This document shows, in pieces, positions 1-10,284 of a DNA stretch of 37,245 nucleotides; the stretch's first letter is position 1; every line of letters begins with the position of its first letter. Where the stretch lies: positions 73,222-110,466 of the forward strand of contig JAYOTF010000006.1 of assembly GCA_038150265.1 (NCBI GenBank), written 5' to 3'. The position numbers were made by a program, and so were the translations under genes. The notes beneath the pieces are model-generated. The model was not told the DNA's origin, did not search any database, and saw only the letters and a program-made list of their open reading frames with translations. This stretch comes from Deltaproteobacteria bacterium. Lineage in GTDB: Bacteria > SAR324 > NAC60-12.

Positions 1-2141
1 GGGGCGTTGGAGCGAACCAGCGGCACGCCCTGGCGCTGCATGTTACTTCCCATGAGGGCGCGGTTGGCGTCATCGTGCTCAAGGAAGGGAATGAGGCTTG
101 CGGCAATGGAGACCAGCTGGGTTGGAGCGATGTCCATGTAGTCCACCTGGTCGTTCTGGATCGTGCTGAACTCGCTTCCGATCCGGACGCTCACGAACTC
201 TTCGGTGAGGCGTCGGTTTTCATCCATGGGCGAGTTGGCCTGGGCAATCTTGAACTGGTCCTCCTCAATGGCACTCAGGAACTCGATGCGCTCGGTGACA
301 ACGCCCTCTTCCACCTTCAGGTAGGGGGTCTCGATGAAACCGAACTCGTTGATGCGTCCGTAGGTGGCCAACGAGGCGATCAGGCCGATGTTCGGGCCTT
401 CCGGAGTCTCGATTGGGCAGATGCGTCCGTAGTGCGAGGAGTGAACGTCGCGGACGTCAAAGCCAGCGCGCTCACGGGTCAGACCGCCTGGACCCAGGGC
501 GCTCAGGCGGCGCTTGTGGGTGATCTCGGAGAGCGGGTTGGTCTGGTCCATGAACTGAGAGAGCTGGCTGGACCCAAAGAACTCGTGGATGGCGCCAGCG
601 ACCGGCTTGGCGTTGACGAGGTCGTGCAGCATCATCGATTCGGCATCGTGCAAGGACATGCGCTCCTTGATGGTGCGCTCCATACGGACGAGGCCAATGC
701 GGAACTGCGTCTCCAGCAGTTCCCCGACGCTACGCACCCGGCGGTTGCCGAGGTGGTCGATGTCGTCGACCTGGCGCTTCGGGTGGCCTTCCCGGAGCTC
801 AAGGAGGTACCGGACCGTCTCCAGAATGTCTGTGAGGGTCAGAACCTGCTGGTCGAGGGAGTAGTCGAGGCCGAGCTTCTTGTTGATCTTGAGGCGGCCC
901 ACGCGGCTGAGGCTGTAGCGCTCATCGCTGAAGAAGAAGTTCCGGAGCATGGCGTCAGCGGCTTCCAGCGTGGGCGGATCGCCGGGCTTCATGCGCTTGT
1001 ACAGCTCAATCTTGGCCTGATCCGGGCTCTGAACCTTGTCGAGGGACATGGTTTCATGGAGCGCGGCTCCCACGGTTTGGGTGCCGGTGTGGAGCACCTC
1101 AATGCTCTGAATGCCATTTTCAATGAGGGCCCGGACGCTTTCGCCGGTCAGCGGAGCATTGCACTGAATCAAAACCTTGCCGTCCACGGTGAGGGTCTTG
1201 GCAGAGATGCGGCCCTTGATTTCTTCCCAGGTAATGGGAATGCGGGTAACGCCGGCGGCTTCGAGTTTGGAGAGGGTCCGGCGGTTCAGGCGAGAGTTCG
1301 GTTTCGCCAGCAGCTCTCCGGTTTCCTCATTGACGATCGGCAGCGTGGTTCGGTAGTCCAGCGAGGTGGTGGAGTCGAGGGACTTGTAGAAGTGCTGGGC
1401 TTCGAGCTCGAGGCCGGTGTCGACTTCGGTGAAGTCGAGGGTTTCGAACTTGTAGAACTCCTCGAGGATCTGCTCTTCGTTCAGGCCTAGGGCCTTGAGG
1501 AGGATGGTGGCCGGGAGCTTGCGCCGTCGGTCGATGCGGACATTCAGGAGGTCCTTGGTGTCGAATTCAAAGTCGAGCCAGGAGCCGCGTTGCGGGATGA
1601 GGCGCGCGGCATAGAGGAGCTTGCCGCCGGCGTTGCCCTTGCCCTTGTCATGCGTGAAGAAGACACCGGGGCTCTTGTGCATCTGGCTGACGATGACCCG
1701 CTCGGTGCCGTTGATGATGAACGAGCCGGTTGGGGTCATCAGGGGGATTTCCCCAAGGTAGATGTCCTGTTCCTTGATTTCCTTGATGTGCTTCTGTCCG
1801 GAGCCGTCTTCCTTTTCCCACACGATCAGGCGCAGCGCGACCCGGATGGGGCAGGCAAAGGTGACGCCACGAACCCGGCATTCCTCAACATTGTACTTGG
1901 GATCACCCAGGCGGTAGTGGACGTACTCGAGGGTCGACAGGCCACTGAAGTCGGAGATGGGGAACACCGAGCGGAACACGGCCTCGAGCCCTTCTTTTCG
2001 GCGCTGATCGGGCGGCACATCGCGCTGGAGAAACCGCTCATAGGAGTCGAGCTGAATGCGCAGCATGTGCGGCACGTCGATCGGAGGGTTGATCTTTCCG
2101 AAGGAGCGACGGATGCGGTGACGGTTCCGAAGTAACGACAT
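1..2141 (-). CDS. rpoB: DNA-directed RNA polymerase beta subunit (5' part; runs off the window edge)
   Basis: Manual reverse-strand translation from ATG at 2141 (GGAAGG SD upstream) gives [39 protein letters not shown], then [45 protein letters not shown] and [22 protein letters not shown]. All are RpoB signature motifs. It is absent from the ORF track because there is no stop in the window. Confidence 0.99.
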   Translation of the reverse strand, partial: MSLLRNRHRIRRSFGKINPPIDVPHMLRIQLDSYERFLQRDVPPDQRRKEGLEAVFRSVFPISDFSGLSTLEYVHYRLGDPKYNVEECRVRGVTFACPIRVALRLIVWEKEDGSGQKHIKEIKEQDIYLGEIPLMTPTGSFIINGTERVIVSQMHKSPGVFFTHDKGKGNAGGKLLYAARLIPQRGSWLDFEFDTKDLLNVRIDRRRKLPATILLKALGLNEEQILEEFYKFETLDFTEVDTGLELEAQHFYKSLDSTTSLDYRTTLPIVNEETGELLAKPNSRLNRRTLSKLEAAGVTRIPITWEEIKGRISAKTLTVDGKVLIQCNAPLTGESVRALIENGIQSIEVLHTGTQTVGAALHETMSLDKVQSPDQAKIELYKRMKPGDPPTLEAADAMLRNFFFSDERYSLSRVGRLKINKKLGLDYSLDQQVLTLTDILETVRYLLELREGHPKRQVDDIDHLGNRRVRSVGELLETQFRIGLVRMERTIKERMSLHDAESMMLHDLVNAKPVAGAIHEFFGSSQLSQFMDQTNPLSEITHKRRLSALGPGGLTRERAGFDVRDVHSSHYGRICPIETPEGPNIGLIASLATYGRINEFGFIETPYLKVEEGVVTERIEFLSAIEEDQFKIAQANSPMDENRRLTEEFVSVRIGSEFSTIQNDQVDYMDIAPTQLVSIAASLIPFLEHDDANRALMGSNMQRQGVPLVRSNA

Positions 2142-2481
2142 AAACCTTCCTGCAAAATTTTGGTGCGTTCAAGATCCCGGGGCAGCAGCTAGCGCTGCCC
2201 GGAAAGGCGGATCAAGGCCCGGGCCCCTCCGGGCAATCTGCTCCCCCTCCCATTGCCCCCCTGGCAACTGACATCAGTGTGTGAACGAGCAGAGACCCGT
2301 TTCATGAATGCGTGATCTGGAGATGAACGTGGGGCGTTCCGGGGCAAGGAACGACCGAGGGCGCCTGGGGTGAAAACGTGCGGACACATTACGAGCACCT
2401 GGAGTGCTTGGGGGAGTTCCTTCACTGGGGCGAGATGATTTCGGATGGGAGTGATCTGGTGATAAAAACCAAACACATATA

Positions 2482-2520
2482 ATTATCGTTGATTTCTCAG
2501 AGAGTCAAGCACTTTTTGCA
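2482..2520 (-). promoter_or_regulatory. Putative sigma70-type promoter for rpoB
   Basis: Minus strand reads AAAAAGTGC-TTGACT (2503-2508), then AT-rich GATAATTAT. GATAAT lies at a 15-nt spacer and TAATTA at 17 nt, so spacing is imperfect. Confidence 0.5.
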
Positions 2521-2597
2521 GGCAGAGGCCTCAATCCTGCTTGCTCCTCCCGGGAGCCCCGGTTTGGTGAGGAAAGCGCACCTGGATGGGTTTTGAC

Positions 2598-2626
2598 TTG
2601 AGAACCGATGGACAACTCTCTAGTCT
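2598..2626 (+). promoter_or_regulatory. Putative sigma70 promoter for cheY / chemosensory cluster
   Basis: TTGAGA (2598-2603), 17-nt spacer, TAGTCT (2621-2626), about 50 nt before the cheY ATG, which has a GAGG SD. Confidence 0.55.
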
Positions 2627-2676
2627 TCTACTGCTTTTGTTGACTACTGAAACACACATTACTATTCGAGGTTTTC

Positions 2677-3057
2677 ATGCCTGCAGACCCCAACATGCGG
2701 ATTTTGATTGTGGACGACTTTGCCACAATGCGCCGGATTGTGCGGAACATCCTGAAGCAGCTGGGCTTCACCAACGCCGAGGATGCGGATGACGGCACCA
2801 CCGCCCTTGCGCAGCTCAAGGCCAGCCAGTTTGATTTTGTGGTCACCGACTGGAACATGCCGAAGATGTCGGGCCTGGAGTTGCTCAAGGCCATCCGGGC
2901 GGATCCCGACCTCAAGCACATTCCGGTGCTCATGGTGACGGCAGAGGCGCTGCAGGAGAACATTGTGGCGGCTGCCAAGGCCGGGGTGAATGACTACATC
3001 GTCAAGCCGTTTGATGCCCAGACGATGAAAGGAAAGCTGGACAAGATCTTCGCCTAA
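2677..3057 (+). CDS. cheY: Chemotaxis response regulator CheY
   Basis: Single receiver domain with enteric-type CheY motifs: [48 protein letters not shown]. Confidence 0.95.
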   Translation: MPADPNMRILIVDDFATMRRIVRNILKQLGFTNAEDADDGTTALAQLKASQFDFVVTDWNMPKMSGLELLKAIRADPDLKHIPVLMVTAEALQENIVAAAKAGVNDYIVKPFDAQTMKGKLDKIFA

Positions 3058-3064
3058 CCACGGT

Positions 3065-3092
3065 GCAGGGAGGCACGCAGGTGCCTCCCTGC
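3065..3092. repeat. Perfect 12-bp inverted repeat after cheY (mRNA-stabilising or attenuating hairpin)
   Basis: GCAGGGAGGCAC-GCAG-GTGCCTCCCTGC, 7 nt after the cheY stop. No U-tract follows. Confidence 0.75.
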
Positions 3093-3133
3093 GGCCCCTC
3101 CCCCCACCGCATTTCTGTACTTTTGGAGTTTTC

Positions 3134-3700
3134 ATGAGTCAAGCATCGGACACGGCGGACATCATTGCCAAGATTATTGGAACCGCCGGCGTTGAAGTGA
3201 TCCAACGCAGCACCGGATCATCAGTGTACCTTGCCCCCTCCGTCCAGCGGGTGCCCTCCATTCACCTCCGTCCCGACATCGGCTGCTTCGTTCAGTTTGG
3301 GGGCGACTACTCCGGACTGATCATTGTCAACTTTGAGGCGGACTCCGCGCTGGCCTTTTACCGGACGTCCATGATGTTCATGGGCATGCCCGAGGAAGAG
3401 CTGGTGGACGACCCCTCTCATGAAGAGGTGCTGGACAGCATTGGCGAACTGGTCAACCAGATCAGTGGTCAGGTCCGCCAGCAAATTCAGCGCATTTACG
3501 GCCTCTCTGCCGTCAACAAGCAACCCAAGGCGATTTGGGTGCAAGACTCCATTCTGCTGTCGGTGCAAGACACCGTGATGCTGGATTCCCAGTGCCGCCG
3601 CCTCTCCTTCAAGCTCGGAGACGAACTGCCCTTCCACATTGAGTTCTTCATTGAGAAGACCGAATTCGCCAGCTTCAACGACATCGAAATCCCCACCTGA
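3134..3700 (+). CDS. DUF3334-family / CheC-CheX-like protein, probable CheY-P phosphatase
   Basis: Motifs LRPDIGCFVQFGGDYSGLIIVNF, MGMPEEEL and FIEKTEF match DUF3334 as I recall it. DSIGELVNQISG carries the CheC/CheX E-x-x-N catalytic motif. GGAG SD upstream. Confidence 0.75.
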   Translation: MSQASDTADIIAKIIGTAGVEVIQRSTGSSVYLAPSVQRVPSIHLRPDIGCFVQFGGDYSGLIIVNFEADSALAFYRTSMMFMGMPEEELVDDPSHEEVLDSIGELVNQISGQVRQQIQRIYGLSAVNKQPKAIWVQDSILLSVQDTVMLDSQCRRLSFKLGDELPFHIEFFIEKTEFASFNDIEIPT

Positions 3701-3717
3701 TCGTTGCCTCTCGACGT

Positions 3718-3746
3718 TCGGCCTTGCCAAAGGCCGAGTTTCAATT
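3718..3746 (+). terminator. Possible weak intrinsic terminator after the DUF3334 gene
   Basis: TCGGCCTT-GCCA-AAGGCCGA (8-bp stem) followed by GTTTCAATT. Confidence 0.4.
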
Positions 3747-3850
3747 GACAGAATTGACTCCCGCCACTGAGACCGAACCCCATGCCTCAAAGACGTTTTA
3801 GTGAGAGTCCACGCCTCCCAGACACCTCTTTCTGAGCAAAAAGGTTACCG

Positions 3851-6823
3851 ATGGTCAATTTCCGATTGAAGGATATTCCGATGCACCAAAAGCTCCTCTG
3901 GCTCCTGGTTGTGGCTGGAGGAGGACCGTTGCTGATTGTGGGCATGGTGAGCGTTTGGTTGGCCAGCTCGTCTCTGTTTGAGCAGGCGAGCATGCAGCTC
4001 GATGCGGTTCGGGAGCTGAAGCGGGGGCAGGTGCAGCGGTACTTCGACAATCGCTTCAAGGACCTCAATGTTCTGACACAAAACGCTGCGACCTTTCAGG
4101 CAGGGGCGCTTTCCAAGCTGGAGGCGGTGCGTCAGAGCAAGCGCCTGGAGGTGGAGCGCTACCTGAAGAACATTGAGAAGCAGATGCTGACCTTCTCGCA
4201 GAACCGGATGGTGGTGGAGGCGATGCGTGAGTTTCCAGGAGCCTTCCGGAACCTGAATGGGGAAAATGAGATCTCCGGAGAGCGGCTGAGCACAATGCGG
4301 GAGCGTGTTCGAGAGTACTACACTCAGGACTTCCTGACCCGGTATCAGGCTGAAAACGAAGGGGCGGCGCTGGATGTGGACCCGTTGGTGGACCAACTGG
4401 ATGCCAACTCGGTGGTGGCGCAGTACTTCTACATTGCGGCGAATCCGAATCCGCTCGGAAGCAAGGATGCGCTGAACCGGGCACAGGACCGCTCTGCCTA
4501 CAGCGCCCTCCACGGACAGGTCCACCCCGTCATCCGGAACTACCTCAACGAGTTCGGCTATTACGACATCTTCCTGGTTGACTCAGCAAGTGGAGACATC
4601 GTCTATTCCGTCTTCAAGGAACTCGACTACAGCACGTCTCTGAAAACCGGCTCCGTCGCTGACTCCAACATGGGCGAGGTGTTTCGCCTGGCCAACGAGG
4701 CCGGCCAGGAGGATCCGGTGGTGATGGTCGACTTCCAGCAGTACTGGCCTTCTTATGAGGCCCCTGCCGCGTTTGTGGCGGCTCCTGTTTTTGAGGGGAC
4801 CCGCAAGGTGGGAGTGGCGATCTTTCAGTTTCCGGTGGATCGCTTCAATGAGATCATGAGCGACCGAACCGGCCTGGGAGCAACCGGGGAAACCTACCTG
4901 GTGGGCTCCGACTTCCTGATGCGCTCCGACTCGCAAATGGATCCGGAGCACCGCTCTTTGGTGACCTCGTTCAAGAAACCGGAAACCGGAAGCATCCGGA
5001 CGCGAGCCGTCGAGCAAGGGCTGGGCGGACAGTCGGGGGTTGGCGTGATCCGGGGGTACCGCGATGCATACGTCCTCAGTGCGTGGGCTCCAGTCCAGTT
5101 TGGCCGCAACCGCTGGGCGATTCTGGCGGAGCAGGAAGTTGCAGAAGCCTTCAACCCGAAGCTGGAAAGCGGGGTGGAGTTTTATGCCGAATACAAGGGA
5201 CTTTACGGGTACTATGACCTCTTCCTGATCAATCCGGATGGGCACGTCTTCTACACCGTGGAGCGCGAGGCCGATTATGGCACGAACCTGCTCAATGGGC
5301 GGTATGCCAACTCGAACCTCGGACGCCTGACCCAGCGGGTCATTGAAACCGGTGAGGCCGGGTTTGCCGACTTTGAGCCCTATGCTCCCAGCAACGGTGT
5401 GCCCGCCGCCTTCATTGCCGAGCCCGTTCTGGACACGAACCGCAAGGTGCAGCTGGTGGTGGCGCTCCAGCTTCCCCTGGAGGCTGTGGACGGGATCATG
5501 CAGGAGCGGACGGGAATGGGCGAAACCGGCGAAACTTACCTAGTGGGGCCGGACTTCCGGATGCGTTCCAACTCCTACCTCGACCCCGTGAACCACTCGG
5601 TGAGCGCGTCATTTGCCGGAACCGTGGAAAAGAACGGGGTCCGAACCGAGGCGTCACAGAGCGCCTTGCAGGGGACGTCCGGAAATGAATTTGTGACCGA
5701 CTACAATGGGAACGTGGTCCTGTCTTCGTTTGCGCCTCTTGACATCAGGGGCACACGTTGGGGCGTGCTGGCCGAGATTGACCGGTCGGAGATCATCGGC
5801 AAGATCCTCCCGATTCCTGCGGCCATTGTGCTGCTGGGGGCTGGCCTGATGTCTCTGCTGGTCCTGGTCGCCAAGCGCGTTTCCGGAGACATCACCAACC
5901 CGCTGTTTGAGAGCGTCGATGCCTTGCAGTCCATTGCCGAAGACGGGGACCTGACGGTGGAGGTCGCGGTGGATCAGGAGGATGAGGTTGGGAAGATGGC
6001 AGATGCCCTCAAGCTGATGATGTTGCGACTGAGCGAGGCGCTGAGCCAGGTATCGAGTTCGGCCGTGGAGGTGCTTCAGGGGGCCGAGAGCCTCTCCAAC
6101 GCGGGGCACCAGCTTTCGGAACGGACCACTGAACAGGCGGCTTCGCTGGAAGAGGTCAGCTCGAACCTGTCGCTGCTTTCGGAACGGACGGCGCAAAATG
6201 CCGAGATCGCCGACAAGGCGAACAGCATGGCCGCCTTCATGAATCAATCCGCAGAGTCCGGAAACAGGCAGATGGGGGAGTTTGCCGGGTCCATGCAGGC
6301 GATCCGGGAGTCGACCCAGAACATTCAGAAGATCATTGCTGTGATCAGTGACATTGCCTTCCAGACCAAGATGCTGGCCATCAATGCCTCCATTGAAGCG
6401 GCCCGGGCTGGCGAGCATGGGAAGGGCTTCTCAGTGGTGGCGGAAGAGATTCAGGGGCTGGCCAAGAACACCACCGATTCAGCCGATGAAATCAAGAAAT
6501 TGATCCAGGCGTCGGTGCTACAGGTAGACTCCAGCAACACGATCATGGAAGATACCAAGCACTCCCTTGAGGAGATCGTCCGGTTGGCGGCTGAAACGGC
6601 CTCCTTGATGGAGTCCATTAAGTCGGCGGCATCCGACCAGGCACTGGGGGTCAATGAGATCAACATTGCTGTGGAACAGATGAGCGTGGTGACGCAGGAG
6701 AACAGCCAGCTTGCGGAAAACAATGCCTCCACCAGTAACCAACTCAAGGGGTTGGCTTCTGGACTGAACCAAGTCGTTTCTCAATTCCGCCTGGGGACCC
6801 AGAACAAGAAACTCCTTTCGTGA
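3851..6823 (+). CDS. Methyl-accepting chemotaxis protein with duplicated dCache-type periplasmic region, HAMP and Tar/Tsr-length signalling domain
   Basis: Two TM segments. Duplicated GYYD(I/L)FL and [21 protein letters not shown] motifs. HAMP (GDLTVEV...[10 protein letters not shown]). Tip [26 protein letters not shown]. Confidence 0.95.
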   Translation: MVNFRLKDIPMHQKLLWLLVVAGGGPLLIVGMVSVWLASSSLFEQASMQLDAVRELKRGQVQRYFDNRFKDLNVLTQNAATFQAGALSKLEAVRQSKRLEVERYLKNIEKQMLTFSQNRMVVEAMREFPGAFRNLNGENEISGERLSTMRERVREYYTQDFLTRYQAENEGAALDVDPLVDQLDANSVVAQYFYIAANPNPLGSKDALNRAQDRSAYSALHGQVHPVIRNYLNEFGYYDIFLVDSASGDIVYSVFKELDYSTSLKTGSVADSNMGEVFRLANEAGQEDPVVMVDFQQYWPSYEAPAAFVAAPVFEGTRKVGVAIFQFPVDRFNEIMSDRTGLGATGETYLVGSDFLMRSDSQMDPEHRSLVTSFKKPETGSIRTRAVEQGLGGQSGVGVIRGYRDAYVLSAWAPVQFGRNRWAILAEQEVAEAFNPKLESGVEFYAEYKGLYGYYDLFLINPDGHVFYTVEREADYGTNLLNGRYANSNLGRLTQRVIETGEAGFADFEPYAPSNGVPAAFIAEPVLDTNRKVQLVVALQLPLEAVDGIMQERTGMGETGETYLVGPDFRMRSNSYLDPVNHSVSASFAGTVEKNGVRTEASQSALQGTSGNEFVTDYNGNVVLSSFAPLDIRGTRWGVLAEIDRSEIIGKILPIPAAIVLLGAGLMSLLVLVAKRVSGDITNPLFESVDALQSIAEDGDLTVEVAVDQEDEVGKMADALKLMMLRLSEALSQVSSSAVEVLQGAESLSNAGHQLSERTTEQAASLEEVSSNLSLLSERTAQNAEIADKANSMAAFMNQSAESGNRQMGEFAGSMQAIRESTQNIQKIIAVISDIAFQTKMLAINASIEAARAGEHGKGFSVVAEEIQGLAKNTTDSADEIKKLIQASVLQVDSSNTIMEDTKHSLEEIVRLAAETASLMESIKSAASDQALGVNEINIAVEQMSVVTQENSQLAENNASTSNQLKGLASGLNQVVSQFRLGTQNKKLLS

Positions 6824-6832
6824 TGAGCATGG

Positions 6833-8185
6833 ATGTTCAACGAAGTCAAAGCATTACGTGTACTGATCATTGATGATGAACCGCAGATCCTTGAGTCCTG
6901 CAAGAGCATCCTGGCGCCTTCGGTGGACACGGACCAGGTGGCGCTGGATAGCCTGGCCAGCTCGATCTTCGACCTTCCGGATGAAGCGCCAAAGCTGAAT
7001 TCGCCGAATTCCTTTGTCTTTGAAATCACCACGGCCCACCAGGGGCTGGAGGGGGTGGAGAAGGCCGATGCCGCTTTCAAGGAGGGGAGTCCGTATGCGA
7101 TCGCCTTCATTGACATGCGCATGCCGCCCGGGATTGACGGGCTGGAAACCGCGAACCGGATCATCCAGGCCAGCCCGGGCATTGAGATTGTGATTGTCAC
7201 CGCCTACTCCGATACTCCGTTGGTGGAGATGACACGTCAGCTTGGAGAAAGCCGCTTCCTGCTGCTCAAGAAGCCCTTTGACCCGGATGAGCTGATCCAG
7301 ATGGGGCAGTTCCTGGCCTACCGCTGGCAGATTGGCCAGCTCAGCCGAGCCTATGAGCGCTTTGTCCCGAAGGAGTTCATCAAGCTCCTCAACAAGACGA
7401 GCATCCTGGATGTGGGCATTGGGGATCACATTGAAGCCGACATCTCGGTGCTGTTTGCCGACATCCGGTCCTTCACCACGCTTTCAGAACGGCTGACGCC
7501 TAATGAAATTTTCCGTTTCCTGAACTCCTACCTGGGCATCATGGGCCCCGTCATCCGCCGGAACGGAGGGATGATTGACAAGTTCATTGGGGATGCCATC
7601 ATGGCGTTGTTCAATCAGGGACCTGACGATGCCCTGGTGGGAGCCATGGAGATGCTGCGGGCGCTCAAGGTTTACAACGAGGGGCGGGCCCGGGCGGGCT
7701 ATGTGCAGATCAAGATTGGCATTGGCATCAATACCGGTCGGGTGATGCTGGGGACCCTCGGAGAAAACGAGCGCATGGAAGGCTCCGTGGTGAGTGACGC
7801 GGTGAATGTCGCAGCCCGCATTGAGCGTCTGACCAAGGAATATGGGGTGGGCCTGCTGATCAGCGAAAACTCCTACAAGCAGCTGCGCGACCCCGGGGCC
7901 TACCACATGCGACTGGTGGATCAGGCACATGTCGCAGGGCGAGACGGGCTGGTCTCGGTTTATGAAGTGTATGACACCGACCTGGAGTACGTCCGAGAAG
8001 CCAAGGATCAGAGCCGGCAGGTCTTTGAAGACGCGGTCCGCCTGTTTCATGACAAGCAGGTCGAAGCCGCCCACAAGCTCTTTGACCAGATCACCGGAAC
8101 TACCTATGCCGACCCCGTCGTGGCCCTCTACCTCAAGCGCTGCCGGTACTACGAGGAATTTGGCATTTACGACATCAGTGACTGA
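6833..8185 (+). CDS. Response regulator receiver-class III adenylate cyclase fusion
   Basis: N-terminal REC (VLIIDDEP, FIDMRMPPGIDG, IVTAY, KKPF). Cyclase motifs SVLFADIRSFT, IDKFIGDAIMALF, IGIGINTG and GSVVSDAVNVAARIE. Lys plus Ser at the specificity positions fits a class IIIb ATP-specific cyclase. Helical TPR-like C-terminus. Confidence 0.92.
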   Translation: MFNEVKALRVLIIDDEPQILESCKSILAPSVDTDQVALDSLASSIFDLPDEAPKLNSPNSFVFEITTAHQGLEGVEKADAAFKEGSPYAIAFIDMRMPPGIDGLETANRIIQASPGIEIVIVTAYSDTPLVEMTRQLGESRFLLLKKPFDPDELIQMGQFLAYRWQIGQLSRAYERFVPKEFIKLLNKTSILDVGIGDHIEADISVLFADIRSFTTLSERLTPNEIFRFLNSYLGIMGPVIRRNGGMIDKFIGDAIMALFNQGPDDALVGAMEMLRALKVYNEGRARAGYVQIKIGIGINTGRVMLGTLGENERMEGSVVSDAVNVAARIERLTKEYGVGLLISENSYKQLRDPGAYHMRLVDQAHVAGRDGLVSVYEVYDTDLEYVREAKDQSRQVFEDAVRLFHDKQVEAAHKLFDQITGTTYADPVVALYLKRCRYYEEFGIYDISD

Positions 8186-8218
8186 CCCAACCGACGCCTT
8201 CATCTTTCAGGAATCCTC

Positions 8219-10258
8219 ATGGCCCTCTGGCCAAAAATGAACCTGCGCTACAGCCTCCGGATGGAGCTGGCGATCTCCATCATGCTCATCGCTCTGCTCC
8301 CCGGAATCATTGGGGCGTCGCTGGCTTATGTATCGGCAGAGAAGAACACGATGCGGCAGCTGGACCACCTGATGACCGGGACCATTGCCCTGAAGCATCA
8401 GGCGGTGTCGTACTGGGTGGAGCGCAAGGAAAACGCCTTGACGATCCTGGCACAAAATACGCGGCTGCTGTATGTGCTGCAGTCGAAGCTGCCCCTGGCC
8501 ATGCCCGACTTTGGGTTGAGCCAGGAATTGAAGGATCAGGTGCGCCTGGGCAAGGAGTGGCGATCCCTCAGCCTGGTCAACATGGAGGGGCGGGTGCTGC
8601 TTTCCTCAGATCCGGAAAAGGTGGGCGCGCAGATGGAAGTCGCACGCTCGGCACCCGGTGGGGCGCGCGAGTTTCAGGTGCAGGTCACCCAGCTCGAGGA
8701 CCATCCGGCTGTGCTCATGAGCTACCCGATTGTGGGAGGACAGCAGGAAGAGCTGGGCTGGATGCTGGCTGAGCCGGAAATGAGTCAGCTCAACAGCATC
8801 ATGAACCTCGCTGAAAAACTGGGAGGCTCAGCAGACAGCTTCATCCTCAGTGGCGACGGGGTGCTGGTGACGCAGCCCCGGAAGCAACACACGGACGATT
8901 TTTGGCAAGTCACTCAGCAATGCAACCCCGAAAGCGAGCCGGTCTATGAGCACATCAATACCAATGGCGAGCTGATTTACGTCTCCCACGAGTGGATGCC
9001 GAGGTATCGGCTTTGTGTGGTCGCCGAGATTTCTGCGGAAGAGGCCTTCATGGAGTTCAGCCGGTTTCAGCAGACGGTCCTGTTGTTTTTGCTCGGCATG
9101 ATGGTCTTTGTCCTGGCAATGGCGCTCCTGATCTCAAACCGCTTGGTGTCGCCCATCAGCGAGTTGGTGCAGCTCACCCGTCGCCTGGCAGATGGAAACT
9201 TTGAAGACAGCATGATGCAGCCTTCGCGATTCTTTGAGGTGCAAACGCTGTCCCGGGCCTTCAACGACATGGCCAACAGTCTGGAAACCTACAACCGGTT
9301 TCTGGAGGAGCGCGTGGAGCAACGGACCCAGGAGTTGATGGAGAAGAACGACCAGCTCGAGCAAACGATGCAAGAGCTGGAAACGGAACGGAAGAAGCAA
9401 CTCCAGCAGGCCTACAACGCGGGCATGGCCGAGAACGCCATCAGCGTCCTGCACAATATCGGAAATGCCATCACGCCGATGGTCATTCGCTTGCAAAACT
9501 ATCGGAACCAACATAAAAAGACCAGCAGCAGCAACTACCTGCTCAAGCTCAAGGACCTGTTGGAGCAGCAACTGACTGCAGGCAACATGGACCAGTTCTT
9601 CCGAGAAGACGCCCGGGGCAAGCAAATCCCGCAATTCATGTCACAGCTGGCTCAGCAGGATACGCAGTCCAACCAGGTCCTCGCGGACATCCTCAACTAC
9701 ATGGACCACCAGCTCCGGCACATCACCGAGATCATTGCCCTGCAGCAAAAGTATGCCCACATGCAGGGCGTGGAGGAGCGGTATGCCATTGAGTCGGTCA
9801 TTGCCGACGCGCTGGAGATGATGCAGCCGGCTTTTGAAAAACGGGGCGTGCGCTCGGAGGTCCACAACGACGGGGGAAACACGAGCGTCCGGAATGACCC
9901 CAACAAGATGGCCCAGCTCTTGATGAACCTGTTCAAGAACTCCCTGGAAGCACTCGATGAACGCATCCGGGATGAGCCGGGCTTCAAGGGCTCCATTGAG
10001 GTCCGCATTCACGAGGAAGACAACCAGGTTCAGGTTGAAATTCAAGACAATGGCCGGGGCGCCTCTCCTGATGCGCTTGAGCGGGCCTTTGAGTTTGGCT
10101 TCTCCACCAAGCAACGTGGTTCCGGTTTTGGTCTCCACGATTGTGCCAACTTTATTCGTACCCAAGGAGGTGAGATCCGCCTCGAGTCCCCCGGACTTGG
10201 CGAAGGCGCGACGATCACCTTCACACTGCCCAGCATTCACCGTACTCCGGAAGCGTGA
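8219..10258 (+). CDS. Membrane sensor histidine kinase (Cache-like sensor, HAMP, HisKA-like, HATPase_c)
   Basis: Two TM helices and a HAMP. H-box AISVLHNIGNAITP, N-box LLMNLFKNSLEA, G1 IQDNGRG, F/G2 FEFGFSTKQRGSGFGL. Confidence 0.92.
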   Translation: MALWPKMNLRYSLRMELAISIMLIALLPGIIGASLAYVSAEKNTMRQLDHLMTGTIALKHQAVSYWVERKENALTILAQNTRLLYVLQSKLPLAMPDFGLSQELKDQVRLGKEWRSLSLVNMEGRVLLSSDPEKVGAQMEVARSAPGGAREFQVQVTQLEDHPAVLMSYPIVGGQQEELGWMLAEPEMSQLNSIMNLAEKLGGSADSFILSGDGVLVTQPRKQHTDDFWQVTQQCNPESEPVYEHINTNGELIYVSHEWMPRYRLCVVAEISAEEAFMEFSRFQQTVLLFLLGMMVFVLAMALLISNRLVSPISELVQLTRRLADGNFEDSMMQPSRFFEVQTLSRAFNDMANSLETYNRFLEERVEQRTQELMEKNDQLEQTMQELETERKKQLQQAYNAGMAENAISVLHNIGNAITPMVIRLQNYRNQHKKTSSSNYLLKLKDLLEQQLTAGNMDQFFREDARGKQIPQFMSQLAQQDTQSNQVLADILNYMDHQLRHITEIIALQQKYAHMQGVEERYAIESVIADALEMMQPAFEKRGVRSEVHNDGGNTSVRNDPNKMAQLLMNLFKNSLEALDERIRDEPGFKGSIEVRIHEEDNQVQVEIQDNGRGASPDALERAFEFGFSTKQRGSGFGLHDCANFIRTQGGEIRLESPGLGEGATITFTLPSIHRTPEA

Positions 10259-10284
10259 ACGACTTTGTAGAGGCCTAAAAGATT

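Noticed and set aside
380..590. Possible rifampicin-resistance substitutions in RpoB
   Set aside because: Clusters I and II read [26 protein letters not shown] and [11 protein letters not shown], which is the sensitive-type consensus.
75..2135. Plus-strand ORFs 75-1490 (471 aa) and 1590-2135
   Set aside because: Antisense shadows of rpoB. Stop-poor reverse frames are expected from high-GC codon bias, and they have no protein motifs.
2189..2476. 95-aa minus-strand ORF upstream of rpoB as rplL or a leader peptide
   Set aside because: No similarity to L7/L12, no SD and atypical composition. Treated as non-coding leader.
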